From: Candidatus Poseidoniaceae archaeon
GTDB taxonomy: Archaea; Thermoplasmatota; Poseidoniia; Poseidoniales; Poseidoniaceae
NCBI GenBank assembly: GCA_029250345.1
Contig: JAQXFL010000005.1
Location: 1 to 43,691 of the forward strand
Length of the DNA: 43,691 nucleotides
Direction of reading: 5' to 3'
In this document: in pieces, positions 8,414 to 17,305 of the stretch
Layout: each line of letters opens with the position of its first letter
Position numbering within the stretch: position 1 is the stretch's first letter
Translations under genes and position numbers: made by a program
Notes under the pieces: model-generated
What the model was told of the DNA's origin: nothing
The model's database searches: none
The model's input: the letters and a program-made list of their open reading frames with translations, nothing else

Positions 8414-9411
8414 GCACTAATGAGCAGCAAGCAGACTTGGAATCGTTTCACGATTGGTTGCTGAATGCTTGCTCACGTGGTGCTGTACCAATTGTTACCG
8501 GTAAGAACGGGGATATGGACACCATTGGCTCAGCTGTAGCACTCTCTGCAGCCCATCCAAACTTGATGGCATGTGGGCTTCATCTGGGGAGAACTGCCAA
8601 GCGTATGGTGGAATCTCTACAAGCACCCTTTCGTAAATTATCTGAGCAGCAAACTGTATGGCCGAAAAACATTGGTGGTGTCATCATTGTCGATGCTGCT
8701 GCTGCAAGCCAAGTGGGTGTTTCTCTGCCCGAAGGTACACCTTTTTGCGTTCTAGACCATCATGCAACATGCGATTGGGAACTCAGTGAAAGCGATTTGT
8801 TATTGCAATGGGATGTCCGTGCAACAACACAGATTGTCGACGCCTATCTTCGACTCTATGCACCACAATCCCGCTCTATTGTAGTACGAAAGATGCTTTT
8901 AGCAGGCCTGTTAACCGATACCGCTCGTTTTCGCCACGCAGACAAGGGTGCTTTCCAAACAGCCGTAGATCTCCTTTCAGGGGACGACATTGATTACGCA
9001 TCCTTTGTCGAATCGGTTGAATCAGAAACCACTTCTCCCAGCGAGCGTGGAAGTCTTTTACGAGGGCTAGAACGTGCGACATCAATTGATTCTGGTGCGT
9101 GGAATATTGTCCACACTTATTCAGGCACTCTCGAAGGAAGGTTAGCAAGCCTCCTCATTGGTACTGGCGCCGAAATTGCCCTTGTGAGCAGATTCCGGGA
9201 TGGAACAACCCGTCTCACAGCTCGTGCATCACGGCACACGACCCAGAGAGGTATTCACCTTGGAGAACTCATGGAGAAAGTGGCTGATCAAATTGGCGGT
9301 GAAGGCGGAGGTCACGATGGCGCTGCAGGTTGGAGCGGTAAAACCGATCGCATTGCCGCTGAGTCTTCTTTTATTGCGCAGGTGGCGCACATATCAAGGA
9401 GAGATGATTGA
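8410..9411 (+). CDS. DHH/DHHA1 family phosphoesterase (NrnA/RecJ-like nanoRNase or pAp phosphatase type)
   Basis: All DHH motifs are present: 'NGDMDTIGS' (I), 'VIIVDAA' (II), 'VLDHH' (III), 'LLTDTARF' (IV), plus DHHA1 'GGGHDGAAG'. ATGA overlap with the pfdB stop. Confidence 0.85.
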   Translation: MSTNEQQADLESFHDWLLNACSRGAVPIVTGKNGDMDTIGSAVALSAAHPNLMACGLHLGRTAKRMVESLQAPFRKLSEQQTVWPKNIGGVIIVDAAAASQVGVSLPEGTPFCVLDHHATCDWELSESDLLLQWDVRATTQIVDAYLRLYAPQSRSIVVRKMLLAGLLTDTARFRHADKGAFQTAVDLLSGDDIDYASFVESVESETTSPSERGSLLRGLERATSIDSGAWNIVHTYSGTLEGRLASLLIGTGAEIALVSRFRDGTTRLTARASRHTTQRGIHLGELMEKVADQIGGEGGGHDGAAGWSGKTDRIAAESSFIAQVAHISRRDD

Positions 9412-10475
9412 TGTCCGAAATTGAACTTCCGAAAGCGCCAGGATACTTTATTTCCAAGTGGAGGGAACAAGGACCCGTCGACATCGATACGCTCACCGTT
9501 TGGCGAGATGAAATGAATTGGACCACTTGGTTACCCCTTGCGGAGGCCGCTATGTTCTTGGACGCTGCTGAACTCTTAGCACTCATTGAAACGGTACTCA
9601 GTCCTGCTGAAACTGCAACACTTTCGTTGGTTCGACGCCGAATGCTCGGAGATACACGGTTACAGCCGAGTATTGAAGCTGCACTGGATGTGGCCCGTCA
9701 CCCGGACACTCGAGATTTAGCGCTCGAAGGTCGTCTACGAATGGAACTGGGCTTGGCAAAGTATGAGGCCGGAGATTCGGAAGGAGCCAAAGAGGATTTG
9801 ACTTGGGCCGAAACGCGTCTCAAGTCTGTCGCTCAAGCAAGTCGAGATCACGACCTTTCCCTCATCAACAAGGCAGCACTTCACACCGCTTGTGGTGAAC
9901 CAGTCATGGCACTGACAGTCTACTCGGAAATACCTCGGAACGGCAGCCACGCTGATGAAACAATTGCGCTTTCACGGCTCGGTGCAAGTCGGATTTGTGC
10001 GGCCCTCGGTCATGAATTTGATGCAGCACGTCACGCATGGAACGCACATGCACACGCCATCAAAGCAAACCAAGTCGGCATGGCTATCGAAGGTGGTGCC
10101 TTGTTTTTGGATTTCGCAAGTTCTTCAATAGATGAAAATGCTGAAAAAATGCATATTCAAGTCGAGAATTCACGACCACGCGAGGCAGGAGAGGACGCTC
10201 ATGCTTTACGTATTCATCCCGATGATATCAAGAGTGTATTCCAATGGTGTTGCTCAAACATGCCTGAAGAATCTTCTGGCGCAGACCGACCAGATTTGCG
10301 GGCTATGGTGAGTCTAGCACATCGATTCGAAAAATTAGACACGTTCAGTGATATGCTGAACAATCCCGATTCAGTTGAGGACCCTATGCTTGCTGCCATC
10401 GTGCAAAGTTTCATTGAAGATCAACATCTCAAGGGACTCTGGGACATTCGTCTGGCCACACTCACCATGCTCTAA
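9408..10475 (+). CDS. TPR-like helical repeat protein (hypothetical)
   Basis: 355-aa alpha-helical ORF with a TPR-like segment '[25 protein letters not shown]'. ATGA overlap with the DHH gene stop. Confidence 0.55.
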   Translation: MMSEIELPKAPGYFISKWREQGPVDIDTLTVWRDEMNWTTWLPLAEAAMFLDAAELLALIETVLSPAETATLSLVRRRMLGDTRLQPSIEAALDVARHPDTRDLALEGRLRMELGLAKYEAGDSEGAKEDLTWAETRLKSVAQASRDHDLSLINKAALHTACGEPVMALTVYSEIPRNGSHADETIALSRLGASRICAALGHEFDAARHAWNAHAHAIKANQVGMAIEGGALFLDFASSSIDENAEKMHIQVENSRPREAGEDAHALRIHPDDIKSVFQWCCSNMPEESSGADRPDLRAMVSLAHRFEKLDTFSDMLNNPDSVEDPMLAAIVQSFIEDQHLKGLWDIRLATLTML

Positions 10476-10879
10476 TTTTTAGCGCAACACCAGTCGGACA
10501 AATCTGTGAATTCTTGCACAGTCCATTCTTTGAGGGGTGGGACTTCTTCCCACCATTTCACATTCGATACTTTGTCATCGCGCACATTCCATTCGGTACT
10601 TTCAGTCTCTTCAACGACGACATGGGCGACCCAGCCTTCGGGATAATACGATGTGTTCCAACGTTGAATCGTCCCCGTAAGCCCTGTCTCTTCATGCAAT
10701 TCTCTCAACATTGCTTCATCTGGAGTCTCACCTGGTTCAATATGCCCTCCAGGTATTTCCCATCCCCTTTGAGGATGCTCAACAAACAAAACCTTGCCAC
10801 CATTGCTAAGTTGGATGTTCTGTTTGGAACGGGTGGTCACCCAAGCCAAGACAAACTTCGGTACTGTGGACTGGGACAT
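10472..10879 (-). CDS. NUDIX hydrolase
   Basis: Complete Nudix box '[24 protein letters not shown]'. Confidence 0.85.
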   Translation of the reverse strand: MSQSTVPKFVLAWVTTRSKQNIQLSNGGKVLFVEHPQRGWEIPGGHIEPGETPDEAMLRELHEETGLTGTIQRWNTSYYPEGWVAHVVVEETESTEWNVRDDKVSNVKWWEEVPPLKEWTVQEFTDLSDWCCAKN

Positions 10880-10888
10880 TTTTTCACC

Positions 10889-11905
10889 TCAGAATGAATT
10901 CTTCGCCTTTTCAACCCACTCTTCTGCCCATTCTTCGCCCTGAGAAACGAGCCGCCGTGCAAGGAAAAATGCCTCGGAAGCATCCCCAGCTTCCATGAGT
11001 GATTGGAGTCGTACCACGTCTGGATTTTGCTTCACGGCTTCAACCTTGACCGTTTGTTCCGAGCGAGGCTCTTCAGTTAATGATGAAATGCGCTTTGAGA
11101 GTTGCATCATGTGTTCGAGGAATTGTGAACGTTTTTCGATGCTTGGAGCAGTCCACGGCTTTTCTTCTTCCCCCATCATTTTACCGGTGATTCTCTGGAG
11201 GAATGAATCACGCGGAGTTTGATGAGGTTGCAATTGTTGTACATGATCGTAGCACGACCATGCCTCGTCCATTTCTGAGCGTCTCTCGTACAGCCGGCCA
11301 AGTTCCATCCACAACTCATGATTGTTGGGTCGATGGGCGAGAAGATGCCGTGCTAATTCGATAAAGAGCCCTTCACGGCCACCAGAGCGAATACGTTCGA
11401 GTCTTCTCGCGTAGACAATATTTGCTCGTTGGTCACTGAAATCCAATCGCCTGCATCGTTCAGCAAAATCCTGTAGTTCGATTTCAATCGATTCGGACTC
11501 CGAATACATTTCCCACCAAGCATTGGGGTCTAATGGGTCTCGAGCGAATGCTGCTTCAAGCAATTCGAGGCCAACGAGTAGGAAATCCACATCTTTGAGT
11601 TGTTCGATTTGTTCAGGGTCTCTTCCGAGGACAATGAAGACGTCTTCAAGAACTGCACTCAAGCCATCACCGTCTTGATTAACAACTTTGATGTCTGCCA
11701 GACAACGCCAGTTTCTCTCGTCGGTGAAGTCATGAAGTAACGCTTGACGAGCATTTTGCTCTGCCCATTGCATGTTGTCCTCGAACCGTTCAGGATCTTT
11801 TGAGGCGAGGCGAGCAAACTTTTGCGCTTGAGTTCTGTATCGATTACCGAGGTTACGTCGGGGGTGTTGCAAAAGGTCCGCACTTTCCCCTACCATAGCG
11901 ACCAC
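10889..11905 (-). CDS. TPR repeat protein (hypothetical)
   Basis: 338-aa helical ORF with a clear TPR unit 'HELWMELGRLYERRSEMDEAWSCYDHVQQLQP'. Start is GTG 11905 or ATG 11896. Confidence 0.6.
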   Translation of the reverse strand: MVAMVGESADLLQHPRRNLGNRYRTQAQKFARLASKDPERFEDNMQWAEQNARQALLHDFTDERNWRCLADIKVVNQDGDGLSAVLEDVFIVLGRDPEQIEQLKDVDFLLVGLELLEAAFARDPLDPNAWWEMYSESESIEIELQDFAERCRRLDFSDQRANIVYARRLERIRSGGREGLFIELARHLLAHRPNNHELWMELGRLYERRSEMDEAWSCYDHVQQLQPHQTPRDSFLQRITGKMMGEEEKPWTAPSIEKRSQFLEHMMQLSKRISSLTEEPRSEQTVKVEAVKQNPDVVRLQSLMEAGDASEAFFLARRLVSQGEEWAEEWVEKAKNSF

Positions 11906-11941
11906 TCAGTGCCTTCGCTTTCAATATCTTCGATGTGATGT

Positions 11942-13234
11942 TCACTGGACGGACTTGAATCCTTCATGGTCGACGCCCCATGGGAGAGTAGCGTCAAATC
12001 CGACTTTGGCGGTTAACCCGTCACTGTCGCGAGAGGGATCGAGCGAACTGCCTTTTTGGTTTGACAGAATGAGCGTATCCTTGTCAGGTTGCCATCGAGT
12101 GACCATTGCCCACTCAACACGAACTGGGTTTCCGATATCGATGTCTTCATCAACGACAGTGACCATTTTCATGCTCCGATGCCCTGCAAGTGCGGCGTGA
12201 ATTGCATTCATTGAATCCTCAGGATTCTTCTTTCGGATTTTGACAACTGCGGCCAGCCAACCACAACCACCTTCAGTCATATGGACATCGATGCATTCAC
12301 AGACTTCATTGACGGCTGATTTGATGGTTGGGGCTCGTGGAAGCCCCATCAATGTCTTGTGTTCTGCCTCGCCGGGAATTAATGCATGGAATATTGGGTT
12401 GTCTCGGTGAACGACACCGTCGATTTCAATCACGGGCTCTTGACGAACATCATCAACAGTACCGGTGATATCTACGTATGGCCCTTCATCATCATCCTCG
12501 CCGGTGATGCGTCCCCAGAGAACATATTCAGCGTCAGCCGGGGCAAGAACTCCGTTCGGCATTCGTGTTAAGCGCAATGGTTTTCCATACAGTTTTTCGT
12601 GAAGCGCCGCTGCTATGGTGAGTTCATCGATGTTATCGTCGAACGACATAGCAGCCGCCAAGAGTACGACAGGATCTGGTGCATTGACGATTACTATGTC
12701 CACTTCGCGTCCTTCCTTGCGAGCGTTCATGGTAAGCGTCCGCAAGTGTCGCGGAACCAAACGGACAACCAGGTGATTTTCATCACGAACAAATTGGCGG
12801 TGGAACGACATGTTTCGTATGCCAGCATCTTGTGCGATAATTACGCTTGCCGATGAATAACGTCCACGGTCTTGAGGCCAGTGGTGCGGGATTGGAAGTT
12901 TGGTAATGTCGACAACTTCCTGCAAGTTTTCAAAACATTCAGCTTCGGAAGCATCGACAATGACGGGTTCACTTGGATTGTTCATTGCCCATCCGAGCGT
13001 GTCGATGTATTCTTCTGGCGTGATACCGATTGATTCACACAGTCGGTCACGAGTGAGGATATTGACGGCAGCACGTTGGCCGGGTGATTCTGGAATATTG
13101 GTGAATAAGGTGAGATCGTGATTGCTTGCACGCGAGTGCTCCCACATCCCGTGGATGAGGCTGGTTGGGGCTGGTTCTTCTTTGGCTGCGCCAAGGTGGT
13201 CACGGAAGGCCATGGCTCGTCCAGTTTGACGCAT
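11942..13234 (-). CDS. UbiD-family (prenyl-FMN dependent) decarboxylase
   Basis: 430-aa ORF with UbiD-like sequence throughout ('NMSFHRQFV', 'VVRLVPRHL', 'DEGPYVDITG', 'GGCGWLAAVVKIRK'). It is short, like archaeal UbiD homologues. Confidence 0.8.
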   Translation of the reverse strand: MRQTGRAMAFRDHLGAAKEEPAPTSLIHGMWEHSRASNHDLTLFTNIPESPGQRAAVNILTRDRLCESIGITPEEYIDTLGWAMNNPSEPVIVDASEAECFENLQEVVDITKLPIPHHWPQDRGRYSSASVIIAQDAGIRNMSFHRQFVRDENHLVVRLVPRHLRTLTMNARKEGREVDIVIVNAPDPVVLLAAAMSFDDNIDELTIAAALHEKLYGKPLRLTRMPNGVLAPADAEYVLWGRITGEDDDEGPYVDITGTVDDVRQEPVIEIDGVVHRDNPIFHALIPGEAEHKTLMGLPRAPTIKSAVNEVCECIDVHMTEGGCGWLAAVVKIRKKNPEDSMNAIHAALAGHRSMKMVTVVDEDIDIGNPVRVEWAMVTRWQPDKDTLILSNQKGSSLDPSRDSDGLTAKVGFDATLPWGVDHEGFKSVQ

Positions 13235-13272
13235 CGTTTGAACCTTGTTTATTGCATGGGCTGCAATACTGC

Positions 13273-13280
13273 TTAAAATA
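13273..13280 (-). promoter_or_regulatory. TATA-like box candidate for the UbiD-family gene
   Basis: 'ttaaaata' (minus strand TATTTTAA) lies about 40 nt upstream of start codon 13234 in the divergent spacer. Confidence 0.3.
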
Positions 13281-13364
13281 GGACATTTTATCGAATCAAA
13301 GTACCGGATTTTGTCATTTCATTCACACAAGCATCTGTACAATCACATGGGCTTTGAGGGTCGC

Positions 13365-13374
13365 TATTAAATAG
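13365..13374 (+). promoter_or_regulatory. TATA-like box candidate for the rps12-rps7-EF2 operon
   Basis: 'tattaaatag' lies about 40 nt upstream of ATG 13412. 'ggtga' SD-like element at 13405-13409. Confidence 0.35.
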
Positions 13375-13411
13375 GGGATTCAAGTCGGCAAAGTGCTTCA
13401 ATGCGGTGATT

Positions 13412-13843
13412 ATGATGGGTAGAGGACTCTTCGCAGGTGCTAAAATGGCAAAGGACCGACAAAAGTTCCGCTGGTCGGACCGTCGATACAAGAAGCGAAT
13501 GCTCAAGTCGCGAGCTAAGCACGACCCGCTTGCTGGGTCCACTCAAGCCAAGGGCATCGTCATAGAAAAGGTCGGTATCGAAGCGAAACAACCGAACTCC
13601 GGAATTCGCAAGGCAGTCAAGATTTCCCTCATCAAGAACGGTAACAAACTCACAGCTTTCGCTCCTGGCGACGGTGCAATCAACTTCATCGATGAACACG
13701 ATGAAGTGATGGTCGAAGGTATTGGTGGCCGCATGGGTCGTTCATACGGAGATATTCCTGGTGTCCGATACAAGGTCATCCAAGTCAACGGCGTTTCACT
13801 CGATGAAATGGTCCGTGGACGAAAGGAGAAGCCAATCCGCTGA
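13412..13843 (+). CDS. rps12: 30S ribosomal protein S12 (uS12)
   Basis: '[41 protein letters not shown]' and '[11 protein letters not shown]' are archaeal S12 hallmarks. Confidence 0.95.
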   Translation: MMGRGLFAGAKMAKDRQKFRWSDRRYKKRMLKSRAKHDPLAGSTQAKGIVIEKVGIEAKQPNSGIRKAVKISLIKNGNKLTAFAPGDGAINFIDEHDEVMVEGIGGRMGRSYGDIPGVRYKVIQVNGVSLDEMVRGRKEKPIR

Positions 13844-13850
13844 GGTGTTG

Positions 13851-14486
13851 ATGATGACTGAATCTGAAGTTGTAATCGAAGAAGAAGAAGAAATCGTCGA
13901 AGATGTCCGTCCTATCGCAGGAATCGGTACACTCGTCTTTGGAAAGTGGGATGCATCTGCAATTACTTGCAAAGATCCTGGACTTTCTCCCTACATCAAT
14001 CTCACAACCGTTGGTGTCCCCCACACTGGAGGACGTCACGCAAACGCCTGGTTTGGAAAGGCAAAGTTGTCAGTTGTTGAACGTTACATCAACAAACTCA
14101 TGCGAACAGGCCCTTACACTGGTAAGAAGCAAGGCGCAATGAAGGCTTTCGAATCTGCATTGGATGCTATCGCAGCAAAGTCTGGAGATAACCCCCTCCA
14201 AGTCTTCGTCGACGCAATCTGCAACGGAGCTCCAATGGAAGAAATCACCCGAATTAAGTTCGGTGCAGTTTCTCAACCAAAAGCTGTCGACTCTTCACCT
14301 TCTCGCCGACTTGACGTCGCCCTACGCAACCTTGCAAAAGGCGCTCAACAAGGCACTCACAAGTCGAAGCGAACACTCACCAACTGTATCATCAACGAAC
14401 TGTCAAAGGCAGCCGCTGGTGATGCAACTTCCTTTGCAGTTGCAAAGAAAGAAGAGTTGGAACGTATCGCATCCTCTGCTCGATGA
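13851..14486 (+). CDS. rps7: 30S ribosomal protein S7 (uS7) with a short acidic N-terminal extension
   Basis: 'LVFGKWD', 'GVPHTGGRHA', 'VERYINKLMR', 'AKKEELERIASSAR'. ATG 13851 is preceded by 'gaggtg'. The ORF-track start 13722 overlaps rps12. Confidence 0.95.
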   Translation: MMTESEVVIEEEEEIVEDVRPIAGIGTLVFGKWDASAITCKDPGLSPYINLTTVGVPHTGGRHANAWFGKAKLSVVERYINKLMRTGPYTGKKQGAMKAFESALDAIAAKSGDNPLQVFVDAICNGAPMEEITRIKFGAVSQPKAVDSSPSRRLDVALRNLAKGAQQGTHKSKRTLTNCIINELSKAAAGDATSFAVAKKEELERIASSAR

Positions 14487-14501
14487 AGTTGAACTTCTGA
14501 T

Positions 14502-14520
14502 TGGCCTTGGAAAAAGGCCA
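14502..14520 (+). other. Short hairpin in the rps7/EF-2 spacer
   Basis: Perfect 7-bp inverted repeat tggcctt / aaggcca with a 5-nt loop (ggaaa). Function unknown (processing or attenuation site?). Confidence 0.25.
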
Positions 14521-14630
14521 TTGGCTGTTAATTCACAACGACACAGTCATTGCTTTTCGTACCTCCGTTGCGAGTCACTTAAGAACCCCTTTCCGGTGGC
14601 CAAGATTGACGAGAAGTCATAGGTGATTTC

Positions 14631-16838
14631 ATGGGCCGAAAGGAAGACAATATTAACAAAGCAACAGAAGTTATGCACATTTTACCTCAGATTCGAAATT
14701 TGTGTATCGCAGCACACATTGATCACGGAAAAACAACCCTCTCAGACAACCTCATTGCGGGAGCAGGCATGATGTCCAGTGACCTTGCAGGCGCAGCTCG
14801 TGTTCTCGATTTCGATGAGCAAGAATCCGCTCGTGGTATTACCATCAATGCAGCATCCGCATCGATGGTTCACGGCGTTGATGGTACCGACTACCTGATT
14901 AATCTCATCGACACACCCGGTCACGTTGACTTCGGTGGCGACGTAACACGTGCCATGCGTGCTGTTGACGGATGTTTCATCCTTGCATGTGCAGTCGAAG
15001 GCCCAATGCCTCAAACTGAAACCGTCGTTCGTCAAGCATTGAAAGAGAAGGTAAAGCCAGTTCTTTTCATCAACAAGGTTGACCGTCTCATCAATGAGTT
15101 GCAAGTAACTCCTGAAGACATGATGGCTCGATTTACTGAGACCATCAAAAAGGTCAACCGTCTTATCAAGCAGTTCGCTCCTGAAGAATTCAAGAAAAGC
15201 TGGCAAGTTTCCGTTGCAGACGGAACAGTCGCATTCGGTTCCGCATACCACAACTGGGGAATCACCGTCCCATACATGGCTAAATCCAAGATTTCGTTTA
15301 CAGAGATTTTCGAATACTGTAACAATGAAGACCAAAAGACACTTGCCCAAAAGGCTCCAGTCCATGAAGTTCTTCTCGACATGGCAGTTAGCAAGTTACC
15401 AGGACCTGTTGAAGCACAACCATACCGTATCCCTAACATTTGGACCGGTGATCTCGACTCGACTATTGGAAAGGCAATGATTAGCTGTGACCCAGAAGCC
15501 GAACTTGCCATGATGATCACCAAGATTTGGATGGATCCTCACGCAGGTGAAGTTGCTGTTGGACGTATTTACTCCGGTGCAATTGCACAAGGTGAATCGG
15601 TCTTTGCTATCGGTGCGGCCAAACCAGAACGTGTTCAGCAAGTCAGCATGATGGTTGGCGGCGATCGAATCACAGTCCCGAAGGTTGTTGCAGGAAACAT
15701 TGCAGCACTTACTGGTATTCGTTCTGCAGCAGCTGGTGTGACACTTTCACGCGACAAGGATTTCACTCCGTTCGAAGCTATTCGACACTACTCCGATCCA
15801 GTCGTTACCGTTGCAGTTGAGCCAAAGAGTATGAAGGACCTACCAAAGTTCATTGATGCGCTTCGTTCACTCGCAAAGTCAGATGCATCTCTCCAAGTCA
15901 CAACGAACCAAGAAACCGGTGAAGCATTGCTTGCTGGTATGGGTGAGTTGCATTTGGAAATCACCGTATACCGAATCGAAGAAGAACAGAACATCAAGGT
16001 CAGCGTCAGCCCGCCTATTGTCGTCTACCGAGAAGGTATCCAAGGAAGCAACCGTGGAAATGCGTTTGAAGGCAAATCTCCAAACCGTCACAACCGTTTC
16101 TTCTTTGAAATCGAAGCTCTCAGCCCTGAAGTGGTTACAGCACTGCGTGCTGGAGATTTGGGTTCCGGAACAATCCGGCCAAACGATGCAAAGGAAACCG
16201 GACGTAAGTTCGGCGAACTTGGAATGGACAAAGACTTGATGCGCAAGATTTACGCAATCAACGGCTCAAACGTTCTTGTGAACGACACCAAGGGTATTCA
16301 AGGCCTTCACGAAACCCGTGAACTTATCATTGAAGCTTTCAATGGCGTCTGTTCAAAAGGGCCTATTGCAGATGAACCAGTACAAGGAATGTTTGTTCGT
16401 CTTGTTGACGCAAAGCTTCACGAAGACGCTATCCACCGTGGTCCTGCACAAACAATTCCTGCAGTCCGAAACGGAATCAAAGGCGCAATGATGCGTGCCC
16501 GCACAGTTCTCTTGGAACCAATGCAAAAGGCATTCGTCTCAGTTCCAAACGACTGGCTCGGTCAAGTAACTCGTGAAGTTACAAACCGACGTGGTATCAT
16601 CGAAGATATGCCATCAGAAGGTGAAGTTACAACTGTTGTCGGTGTTCTACCAATCGCAGAAACATTCGGATTTTCCAATGATATCCGTGCTGCATCGCAA
16701 GGTCGAGCAGTTTGGAACACAGAAAACCTCGGCTTCGAACAATTGCCTCCACAATTGTTTGACAAAGTCGTCGGACAGATTCGTACACGTAAGGGGCTAA
16801 AGCCAGAACCTTACCCAGAATCCTACTATTCAGAGTGA
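14631..16838 (+). CDS. fusA: Translation elongation factor 2 (aEF-2)
   Basis: 'AHIDHGKTTLSDNL' and 'DTPGHVDF' GTPase motifs. Diphthamide-site loop 'HEDAIHRGPAQ'. 735 aa. 'aggtga' precedes the ATG. Confidence 0.97.
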   Translation: MGRKEDNINKATEVMHILPQIRNLCIAAHIDHGKTTLSDNLIAGAGMMSSDLAGAARVLDFDEQESARGITINAASASMVHGVDGTDYLINLIDTPGHVDFGGDVTRAMRAVDGCFILACAVEGPMPQTETVVRQALKEKVKPVLFINKVDRLINELQVTPEDMMARFTETIKKVNRLIKQFAPEEFKKSWQVSVADGTVAFGSAYHNWGITVPYMAKSKISFTEIFEYCNNEDQKTLAQKAPVHEVLLDMAVSKLPGPVEAQPYRIPNIWTGDLDSTIGKAMISCDPEAELAMMITKIWMDPHAGEVAVGRIYSGAIAQGESVFAIGAAKPERVQQVSMMVGGDRITVPKVVAGNIAALTGIRSAAAGVTLSRDKDFTPFEAIRHYSDPVVTVAVEPKSMKDLPKFIDALRSLAKSDASLQVTTNQETGEALLAGMGELHLEITVYRIEEEQNIKVSVSPPIVVYREGIQGSNRGNAFEGKSPNRHNRFFFEIEALSPEVVTALRAGDLGSGTIRPNDAKETGRKFGELGMDKDLMRKIYAINGSNVLVNDTKGIQGLHETRELIIEAFNGVCSKGPIADEPVQGMFVRLVDAKLHEDAIHRGPAQTIPAVRNGIKGAMMRARTVLLEPMQKAFVSVPNDWLGQVTREVTNRRGIIEDMPSEGEVTTVVGVLPIAETFGFSNDIRAASQGRAVWNTENLGFEQLPPQLFDKVVGQIRTRKGLKPEPYPESYYSE

Positions 16839-16843
16839 TCCGC

Positions 16844-17305
16844 ATGAACGGCTCGATTGTGGGCCTTTTTGCAGCACCTGAAGGTGGAGTTCCCAAGCCA
16901 CGTGTTGAACAACTCGAAGTTCGCGACGATGGCTGTACAGGCGATTATCAACGAGACAAGAAGCATCATGGCGGCCCTGACCGCGCTGTTTGCCTGTTCA
17001 GTTCCGAAGTCATTTCTCATTTACAAGAGAGCGGACATCCGATCTACCCGGGTTCCGTTGGTGAGAATATTCTCGTCAAGGGAGTCCAATGGGAAAATGT
17101 CGGTATTGGCTCGATTTTCCGCTTTGCCGACCTCACTTTGGAAGTTACATCTGATGCGCCACCGTGTAAGACGATTCGCGATTCATTTACCAACGGTAGA
17201 TTCAAGGAAATCTCAGTGAAAACAGCACCTCACATGACACGCTGGTACGCCAAAGTCATCAAGCAAGGCAACGTCAAAATCGGTGATGATTTTGAAATCA
17301 ACTGA
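16844..17305 (+). CDS. MOSC domain protein (YiiM-like)
   Basis: 'DKKHHGGPDRAVCLFS', 'PGSVGENILV' and 'PCKTI' are typical MOSC elements. ATG lies 5 nt after the EF-2 stop (or GTG 16835 overlapping it). Confidence 0.8.
   Translation: MNGSIVGLFAAPEGGVPKPRVEQLEVRDDGCTGDYQRDKKHHGGPDRAVCLFSSEVISHLQESGHPIYPGSVGENILVKGVQWENVGIGSIFRFADLTLEVTSDAPPCKTIRDSFTNGRFKEISVKTAPHMTRWYAKVIKQGNVKIGDDFEIN

Noticed and set aside
13862-13900. GAA-rich repeat (gaagaagaagaagaaatcgtcgaagatg).
   Set aside because: It is in frame within rps7 and encodes an acidic N-terminal run (EEEEEIVED). This is coding low complexity, not a regulatory microsatellite.
14484-14630. Possible box C/D sRNA in the rps7/EF-2 spacer ('cgatgaa' then 'ctga' 12 nt later).
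   Set aside because: The C box is imperfect (GAUGAA overlapping the stop codon). No C'/D pair or terminal-stem complementarity was found. Only a small hairpin is reported.
14742-15523. 207-aa and 163-aa ORFs antisense to aEF-2. Similar cases are 1504..2025 inside purB and 33257..33862 inside the OPT gene.
   Set aside because: They overlap highly conserved genes on the opposite strand and show no family resemblance, so they are antisense frame artefacts.
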